NCBI GenBank assembly: GCA_025786725.1
Contig: JAHLTZ010000004.1
Coordinates: 855,314-919,313, forward strand
Direction of reading: 5' to 3'
Source: Syncephalis fuscata S228
Lineage: Eukaryota; Fungi; Zoopagomycota
Length of the DNA stretch: 64,000 nt
A program made the position numbers and the translations under genes. The notes beneath the pieces are model-generated. The model searched no databases. It was not told the DNA's origin and was given only the letters and a program-made list of their open reading frames with translations. Positions 55,005-64,000 of this stretch are shown in pieces; position 1 is the first letter of the stretch, and the number at the start of each line of letters is the position of its first letter.

Positions 55005-55469
55005 ATGTCAGCTCGTACCTTGTCTCGTAAAGTGATTCCTCTACTGGATCGCGTCTTGGTCCAGCGCGTTAAAGCCATCGAAAAGACAAAGTCTGGCATT
55101 TTGATTCCGGAAAAAGCTCAGGAAACCCTGCCTGAAGGTACGGTCGTTGCCGTTGGTCCAGGTGCTTTCAACAAGGTAAATACTAGTAGCAGTAGTTATA
55201 GTAGCAGTAGTATTACGTAGAAATATGTAAATCGCAATTTTATTAAACTAATCACTGGCTATCTAGGATGGACAACGCATTCCAGTATCTGTAGCAGTTG
55301 GCGACAAGGTGTTGCTTCCCGGCTATGGCGGTAGCAGTGTAAAGATTGATACTGAGGTAACTACCCTTGTAGAGGTATAGATTAAGTTTGATGTTAATAT
55401 TAATATATTATATTATAATAGGAATTGCTATTGTTCCGCGATTCCGAGATTCTAGCCAAACTTGAGTAG
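55005..55469 (+). CDS. HSP10: Mitochondrial co-chaperonin Hsp10, 3 exons
   Basis: PLLDRVLVQR, TKSGILIPE, VVAVGPG, then DGQRIPVSVAVGDKVLLPGYGG, then ELLLFRDSEILAKLE*. Confidence 0.96.
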
Positions 55470-55562
55470 ATGTTTTCTATGATCGTATTGCTACAACAAT
55501 AAACGTTTATACGCAATAAAGCAAATGAGATAGATAGTATTGTATAAATTTATTATATATAA

Positions 55563-58500
55563 TTAAAACGCTTCTTCTGTATCAGATGTATTATGCGGAT
55601 GTTGATGTGCAAATTGCTGTAAATACATATCGGCAATTCGTTGCGATGAAGTACAGTCCTCGAAAGCTTTATCTTCTCGTTGACGAATAAATCGCGGGAA
55701 TCTTAGTGAAATACCTTTATCGCTACCGTCAACCTTTCCTTGAGCTGCCCAGTAAAGTGGCGACAATGATAGATCGGCTGCTTTAATCTCCCAAATCTAT
55801 TTATTATTATTATTATTATTATCTATATTTGTTTATCTATCCTAAATAACTAACCTTTTTTGGTTCAAACCATACATCAGGACGTATCGATGAATGTGCA
55901 TGATAATAATGGCGTGGTGCTGCAATAATATGCGGTTTTAATTCTTCGTAATGTTGCTTTAAATCTTCGTCAGAAAACCCGGTACCAATCTGTACATAAT
56001 ATTAATTAAATTAGTACCAATAAACATAACGCTATATTGCAATATATATATATTAAATAATAATAATTTACCTTGCATATTGCTTCAACAAATTCGGTCT
56101 GTGGATCGTAACAGGCCAACAAGTAACCGCCATAGACATCTTTACGCTTGCCTCGGCCGTAATAAGCACCAATGACTACCAAGTCTAATGAATCACCAAC
56201 ACCATCCAAGTAATCCTTTTTAACCTAGTACCATTTGTAAGTAACAAATATTAAATAGCAAGTATTCATCCTTACTTTAAGCCAGTTTCGTGATCGCTTT
56301 GATGGCTCATAGGTCGATTCAGTTCCTTCAAGTACCTTGACCATAAGTCCTTCACAATTATCTAGTAATATATTATTGTTATTACTACTGCTACTACCTA
56401 ATTTACATCGTTCAATCAGCCATTTTTACCTCGCATGCTTTCATCAAGGAATAGTTGGATTTCTTCAACACGACGACCATCCATTGAAACGGCAAAGCCG
56501 AATTGATCTTCTACTTCGTTAAATGCAGCGTGCATTTTATCTCTTCTTTCCTTCAATGAGACTTGTAATAAACACTATATTTAATGATAAATTGTAAATT
56601 ATTTAGCACTATTACCCATGACTATTAATTATTAGAATTTACCTCATCATTAAGGTATAATAAATCAAAGGCAAAAATACGGACTTGCACTGTAATTTCC
56701 TCTTCTTTAACATCTTTGCGTTTACGTGTGCTTAGTATTTGAAATGGTAGAATTTGATGCTTTTTCAAATCCCATGCTACTGCTTCACAGTCCAAAATAA
56801 AATTACGGGTTGTTGCTTTGGCCGCCTATCATATCATTTGTATTAATTAATGACTTTTAACTATAATAAATACGCTATTCTATCCTACCTTGGACATCTT
56901 TTCGACAATATCAGGATATCGACTGGACATATTTTCGGAATTACGACTATAGACGCGTATTTTTCCATCAAAGAAATGAACCTAGATTACAATTGACAAT
57001 TAATGCATTTAATACGACCTCTAAACCAATTACCTGTGCTCGTTCACCATCGTATTTATACTCGCAGGTAAATGGACACTTTTCAAATCGATCCAATACC
57101 TCGGTGATTGATCGTGTAGGATGGGCCAGCATTGGTTTGACAGGAATACCTGTTTTGTATAAATACACTACTATTACAACAATAACAATAACAATACTAC
57201 TTGTATTACTTACCTGGAGTCAATCGGCAGCTCTCTTCAAGTTTCAATACACCATGTTCTAATAGAACAGGCAGTATTATATCATAATTAGGCAGCTGAC
57301 TATACAACTGTTAGTATCTACTAATTAGATGTACTAATACTTACTTGTAAACCGATTTAATTATTTCGACTCCTCTAGTTAATTTCTCACTTAATTCCAT
57401 TTCAGCATGTGGTGTTTTAGGCTTAGTGGCTTTAAACGTTAATTAACACTTGTGAAATAGGACTGAATATTATGGCTTACTGTTACGTGACAGTATACTG
57501 GCATGAGCCAGAGCAGCTAAAACCGTCTGTTCCGCTAATCCAATACGCAGCTTGCCTCCCAAACTCCTAATCAGTATAAAACTAATTAGTTATAAACAAA
57601 CTCACTAATAGTTACTATTTCTACCGTATTAAGAACTTGGCTTCATCTCCCTGGCATTGGACAAGTAAACCACCAATCTTATCAACTTTACGTTTCATCG
57701 ACTATTCATGCTCGGTTTAGTATTTATTAGCCAATATATATATATTACTTACAGAATTACCCGAGATACTAGCAATTTCTCGTAGCGTAGAAAATACCAT
57801 AGGTATAGTCAATGGCTTGCCCTTTTGGTTAAAAAGTACATTTTGATTTTGACGACTTTCCTGTAAATCATATATTAATAAATAGCAAATATTTGATATA
57901 TAAATCACTTACTTGTGCCACTGTTCCCAAATCGCCCTTTGTAATATATTCAGACTTGATTTTACCAACATCACGGCCAGTAGAATGTCCAATAGCTTTT
58001 ATCAATAAAGATTCACCAATGCCCAGTTCCATGCCATCATATTGTGGCCCAAGCTAAATAACAAAGCATTAGATTAAATACATGTACAACACACACATAT
58101 ATATATATATACCTGATTAATACATAGATATACAGTTTGTACTAGTTGATTAGGACTCAACCGTATTATTTGTAAAAAAAAATCTCTTAAATAAGCTAAA
58201 ATAATTAAACTAATAGTAATAGTAATAATTGACATTTAATTACAATATTAGCTGTTATATGAATTAAACTAACCGCTTTGTAGTTGATTCTACTTTGGTG
58301 AATACTTGACACAAATTGGCATAGGGAACACTAATCATCAATTAATTCATTATAACTAATATCAAAATGATATCACTCACTTTTTACCAGTCCAATCAGA
58401 AAGTTGATCTGTCGATTTATCAAGTACTGGTTGTTGTTTTACCGTACTAATTAAACATGATTATATTAAATATTGAATATTAAATACTATATTTTATTCT

Positions 58501-59641
58501 ATTTAATTTTCTTACCATTGAGCAAGTATTTCCTCAGCCTGCTCTTCCTCTTTAGTCTCTTTTTCTTCCTGGCTTACTTTAAGGTATTTAATATTTACTT
58601 TCATTATTGTAATATTAAAATGTTATATATATATTTACCTGCATCCATCATCAGTGTATCCTCATCTAATTGCTTAACAGGTGCTTTTACATCCACTTCA
58701 CTACTGACACTGCTTGCACTTTCATTATCATCTGACGTTGCATCATCTGTTGCTGTCTTTTTTGATTTCTTTTTCTGACGTTTAACTGGCAGTGTATTAG
58801 ATGCTTTTTTATACTTATTATTTTTTTCATTAACATTAAGTGATAGCTGTTCTAAATTCTTCTTCAATGGTATTAATTCCTCAACGGCCATTGATTCTGA
58901 TCCTGATTCGTTTTCACTGCCTGAATTAATAATTGACTTTTTCTGATACAAAGTTTTACGACGTTTCTCTATTACGCGGCCTATTTAATAATAAACACAA
59001 TTATTTCTACTATAAGTCTTACCGGTTACTTTATCGTCATCTTTAGTTTTATTTGTAGTATCCACCGCTCGTTTACGTCTCTTTGACGCTGGCAAATCTG
59101 TTTTACTGTTTGATTCTGTTTCATTGTCCGAGTGATTATGTTCTTCATTACTATTCTTATTCTTCTTAGACGACTCTAAAAGTGATTTAGCAGAAGAACG
59201 ATCTTTACTTCTATTACGGGGCTGTTTGGTTATAGAACCCGTTTTCTTAGGTGAAGTAGGAGTCTTTTTGGCTAAATCGTTTGATGAATCGGCGTCTGTT
59301 ACTTGTTTAAAAAACGAGCTGTAATGTAAAGTGGTTGGCAAAATACGCAACTTAATAATAAGTGCCTACCTGATTTGTGTTTGTTTACGCGACGCCATTA
59401 ATAGTATATGAAAAGAGTAAGCCGTAAAGATCCAAGAAGAAGAAAAAGAAAAAGAAAAAGAAACTGGTGCGCTAGACAAAGGTAATTGTTTGGCTGGATA
59501 GTCGCTAAAAGGCCAGATATTCTTAGACGCCACGAGTAAAGATAGGCGCGGTCGCAAAGGAAGTGTAGAAAAATGGAATAAAAACGGAAACGTAGCAAAA
59601 GAAGGACGCGATAAGCATGAACGTAGAGAAGTAGAGCACAT
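55563..59641 (-). CDS. CDC9: DNA ligase I, highly intron-fragmented; nuclear start at 59398, possible mitochondrial start at 59641
   Basis: PIP box QTQISSFF (spliced), [19 protein letters not shown] (active-site KxDG), [36 protein letters not shown]. Confidence 0.95.
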
Positions 59642-60972
59642 ACTATGTCCCCATGAATGCGTTGCTTAAGCTATAGCCGTCAAACTATATAGTGTTTCCA
59701 TCAACACAAGCGATAACAGTCGCGGTTGGTTATGATCGGTTTGAGTCACTGGAGCGTTGTAAGGTTTATAACATAGAGAGCAAGCCAGAATAGAAAGAAG
59801 CACAAAGCGTTAAGAAACAAATGCGTTTTACTATAAAGTTAAAATAATCAGTCTAATGCAAAATAAATACGTAATAAACCAGTAAGGGGTAAACAACTTT
59901 ATTCTTTTAGTTATTTTAATATACTCATTAGTATACTGAAAATATGTTCTATGATAATGAGTAGTTCTTTTTAAGAAGTTGAAGAACTTTTATTATATTT
60001 ATTTATGCTTTTTGATATACTAATTAGTCCTGATGAACATATTCTATAATAATAAGTAGTTGTGGTATTAAATCATTGTTATTTTAATTCGCGTACAATC
60101 TACGTCATCACACTTTCTTTTATCTTTCTTTACACTTGATAACATATATCCATTGTATATACTTGTACACTCCATATATACTATTTAGATATTGTTAGTA
60201 GTTGAATGACTGAAAAATTATGACAACTGTAAGCCATATGCTAGTATATGTGTTAATATATATTATCATAATAAGCAATAATAAATATAACTAATTAATT
60301 ACATTATTGATTATTTTTATTAAAGTTTATTGTCATCGACCTACAAGTGTTACAGTTTAAATTTATTTATTTTTAGATGATTCTACTTTAGTATTTAACA
60401 AAATAAAACAAATATTAGACTAACTGTTTTTAAAACAATGAATGGTAATGGTCGATATAGCTACTATTGTTTGAATGTGACATTTAGTTTTACTTATAAA
60501 TTGAAACAACAATTGCAAATTAAATATAGTTGTTTTATTTTTACATATTCCAAGTATCAAAATTACCCGGTTTCTTTGCTAAAAGGTGGTGTGCATCGAA
60601 TACACGTTTTAGCATCAGAGTTGTTCTTGGAATGGGACACTGAATAAAGGAGCTCCGTGAAAGAGCTTTTAAACACGGAGTGTACAATAAAGGCGTTTCA
60701 TTTTTAACGGTACATTTGATGTCACATGTTGCGACAAAGCAATGGGTCTTATTTATTTAACAACACTGTGTTCACAATTAAAAATTCTTTTTGTATACAA
60801 ACGCTGGTCGGTTCCATTAAATTACATTTTATTATCACTATACATCCTTATGCTAGTTTTACTTCTTTCTTTCTCTTTCTTTCTTTCGCTTGCCTTACGT
60901 CTCTGCCATTAGAATCGCTACTTCTTTTATGTTCACATTATTCACATTGACACGTAGTTAGGAAAAATCATT

Positions 60973-62238
60973 ATGAAATTTGATCATCCTCCACCTTACG
61001 CACCTTATTGCGATTATAAGATCAATATCACGGATTGTCGTGATGGGCAGTCTTATTTGCAGATTTATCTTGTGGGTATTTTTATCCACTTGCTCGTATT
61101 TTTCTGGGGCGCCTACATCGTCATTCGTTACGCCAATCTTGGTGATAATGAGACACGATTTGAAGGCAGTCTCGGTGATAGATTCCGTCAATTTGTTAGC
61201 CAGCCATTAAAGCCGGCCAGCATCTTTTCAACTATATTTGTGGGATGTCGTGTAATTCATAACACGCTGTGCGCATTTGATTTAATACCATCTCTAAAAA
61301 TGCGAACACTTTCAAGTTTGCTATCAATGATTCCTGGCTTTTGGGCCACACTATTCTTTGCTGCCGGTATTGTCGAAACGGTCCAGTTGACCATTGGTCG
61401 TCTACCCGATAGTAATGACGTGCCTAACAAAGAAATGTTTATGCGTCACGCACCTACACGTGTACTAGCACTGTCGTCGCTCGCTGTGTTGGGCATTTTT
61501 GGGACTACCGTGCCTGTCGTGCTTTCCTTTTTGGCTGGACTAAAAGGTGAGGCAGGCGATTGGCATGGTTATTTCGACTATTTGAAGCTTTCATGGTGCA
61601 CTCTTGGTATGGTGTTTGTTGCACTCGGTATTCTATATGCCTATTATGCCGTTGTGCTTTCAAAACTACTACGACAACTTGCACCAAAGCTTCTTCAATC
61701 AAACCAAGACTGCCAAAAGAAAGACTGGGGATTCTCACCAAGTGCTACTACGAAAATAGGCAATGACAATTTTGACCATACCAACAACATTAAAGTACCC
61801 GAGGGTGCACACACTAAAATAACACAGGTACACTCGATTGTTATTCAAAACGACAAACCTTGTGCCAAATTTGCAGCACTTTATGAATTTGCCTTTAAAG
61901 AAAAGAAAACAGTGCAATCCGAGGTATCGTTGGCCGAATCCGAAGCTTTGTTAGCCGAGACAAAAGAACGCTCCGAAGCGATCAATCGTCTACAAAAAGC
62001 CTTACGTCACTTGATCTTCCACTACTGCGCTGGCGCAATAGGCTCCTTCCTCTGGGGCCTTGGGGCCAAGTGGCTTATTGTTACGCCGGTAGTAAATAAA
62101 TTATCGGCCATTGTGTTCCTTGCCGTCATTTGGCCACTTGCTGCGGGCGGTGTACTTTGGCATCGATGGCAAATGGAACGTGCTCGTATTCGACGGGAAC
62201 GACGCCGCATCGGCTTAGCAAGGGTCGCGGCCGCTTAA
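60973..62238 (+). CDS. Orphan 7-TM receptor-like protein, family member 2
   Basis: Intronless 421-aa ORF, 7 hydrophobic segments, PYAPYCDYKINITDC at the N-terminus, IWPLAAGGVLWHRWQMERAR at the C-terminus. Confidence 0.82.
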   Translation: MKFDHPPPYAPYCDYKINITDCRDGQSYLQIYLVGIFIHLLVFFWGAYIVIRYANLGDNETRFEGSLGDRFRQFVSQPLKPASIFSTIFVGCRVIHNTLCAFDLIPSLKMRTLSSLLSMIPGFWATLFFAAGIVETVQLTIGRLPDSNDVPNKEMFMRHAPTRVLALSSLAVLGIFGTTVPVVLSFLAGLKGEAGDWHGYFDYLKLSWCTLGMVFVALGILYAYYAVVLSKLLRQLAPKLLQSNQDCQKKDWGFSPSATTKIGNDNFDHTNNIKVPEGAHTKITQVHSIVIQNDKPCAKFAALYEFAFKEKKTVQSEVSLAESEALLAETKERSEAINRLQKALRHLIFHYCAGAIGSFLWGLGAKWLIVTPVVNKLSAIVFLAVIWPLAAGGVLWHRWQMERARIRRERRRIGLARVAAA

Positions 62239-62677
62239 TCGGTCTTTATGCATACAAACACATGTTCTGTACTATTATATTAACTGCAGCGGACACACGA
62301 TACGATAAACCTTTGTAATGACCAAGTTACGACGCAGTATATCTAATAATATAATTAATAAATTGGTATATCATCATTCAGAACCATAAACAAATGACTT
62401 GAACTTTAGCTTGCTGCATAGAATGTTCTAGGCTTTAAACCTGTTGAGCAAGCATAGCTATAGCTTGCAATCGGCTTATTGGAAAACACGGGCCTTGTTG
62501 CTCATGCACGAAACTTCGGCCGCATCTACATATGACCTGTCCAATGTACTATTTAATAAATACAATACAGTTTTCATTTATCTATTGCCTTTATTTTATT
62601 GCAGTCTAGTTTGTCACTTCATTTATTCTGTCCAAATAGCCTTATGCATTATCTGGTTAAGCGCCGTGTTGATCATC

Positions 62678-63932
62678 ATGAAGAGTGATCCAGCCTCCCC
62701 ATACGCGCCTTATTGCGATTTCACCATAAATATGACTGATTGTGAAGGTGCTGCTGTTTATTTTATTTTTTATGCCGTTGGTGCTGGTATTCATGCATTA
62801 TTCGTTACATTTGGTATATTCTCATTGGTTTACTGTTACATTAAACGACGTGCAAACAATACGCTAAACGAGCAAACGACCACTCATCAAAATCAAAAGC
62901 ACAAATTTATTCAGAGTCCATTGGATGTATCGACTGTATTTGCCATTTTATTCTTACTGGCACGATTGCCCATAATACGCTATGTGCTTTCGATGTTGTA
63001 CCATCGTTTAAAATACGAACACTTACACTTCTTCTTTCTATACTATCCGGCTTTTGGAGTATACTGGTATTTTCATTCGGTGTTATAGAAATAGTGTATA
63101 GAACTCTTGAATGGACGCCTAATCGCCATACAAAACGTATGAGTAAGATTCCGATCCAAGTACCACGTCGCAAGCTGGTAATCGGCTTTTTCAGTACAAT
63201 AGGCGTAATTATGACACTAATACTACCAATATTTGGCTATATGGCTGGTGTGCGTGGAGAAGATTCAAATTGGCACGATTACCTAAACTACACGCAAATT
63301 GCCTGGTGTACCTGGGGCGTGGCAATGCTATCAATCGCTATTTTTACACTTACTATGCAATTACTCTAACCAAACTGCTAAATGATACTGTGGAGAAACT
63401 CGAGTCATCGTTAGGAGCATCGAACAATTCAAAAACTGCCCCTATCCAGGAACAAAAGCCTGCTGCGGCTGTAGGCATTGCTTCATCGCACGTCGATTGC
63501 AATAGCTATGCGACGTCTACAGCGGCTAAAATGGTAGAGAAACAACGATACATTTTCAATGTTAGATCAGTGATGATGGCTGTTCAATCTTCAAATAGAC
63601 TACTATCCAACCCATTTACTAGCGCAAAACGAAATATTAAAACCGTAATGTCTATCGCGGACGAGGAAACAAAAGAGCGTATTACCGCAATAATTCAACT
63701 TCGCAGAACAGCACAACATATAATTTTTTCATTTTTTATTTCTACATTCACTGCTTTATCTTGGGGCAACGCCATGCCTTGGATTATTATGAATCCTGTG
63801 GCAAGTAAAATGTTTGCACTAGCAGTACTTACAATTTTGTGGCCCATAGTAGGTGGAAAGATTATTTGCACTGGTGGAGGCTTGAAAGCGCAAAACTTCA
63901 AAGAGAAAGACGGCGCGATTCCATTCGCATAG
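62678..63932 (+). CDS. Orphan 7-TM receptor-like protein, family member 3 (frameshifts near 62966, 63345 and probably 63860; assembly error or pseudogene)
   Basis: MKSDPASPYAPYCDFTINMTDC; alignable to 60973 across frames (HNTLCAFD, W..YL.Y...AWC, KERITAIIQLRR, ILWP). Confidence 0.72.
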
Positions 63933-64000
63933 AAGTAGCATAATATTGCTATTTTGTATCTATTTAATCATTTCATGTAATAACGATTCCAATAATTGTA

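Noticed and set aside
59385-59725. CGCG (MCB/E2F-like) cores around the DNA ligase start
   Set aside because: Plausible for an S-phase gene, but none is a full ACGCGT and most lie inside the putative coding extension.

Overview
Intron-containing, AT-rich eukaryotic DNA from a fungus. Retained Rab18, head-to-head HSP60/HSP10, a fused URA2 and short GT-AG introns with CTAAY branch sites point to an early-diverging lineage; the EPGPWN receptor family suggests a Zoopagomycota mycoparasite such as Syncephalis (inference). Housekeeping genes are TRM112, asparagine synthetase, SFP1, RAB18, URA2, GCV2, HSP60, HSP10 and DNA ligase I. The window is unusually rich in sensory genes: a hybrid histidine kinase and seven predicted 7-TM receptors (one Git3/cAMP-receptor-like GPCR, one 7TM-RGS fusion, three paralogues of an orphan CDxxxNxTDC family, and a tandem pair of PA-like-ectodomain receptors with patchwork identity). 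It also holds an intronless KpsF/GutQ-like SIS isomerase. A previously unannotated Fanzor (eukaryotic TnpB) relic lies at about 17.6-18.0 kb, with both visible RuvC acidic residues changed. Several essential genes contain single-base frameshifts that look like assembly indel errors, so frameshift-based pseudogene calls are unreliable here. Exon boundaries were read by eye and may be off by a few bases.
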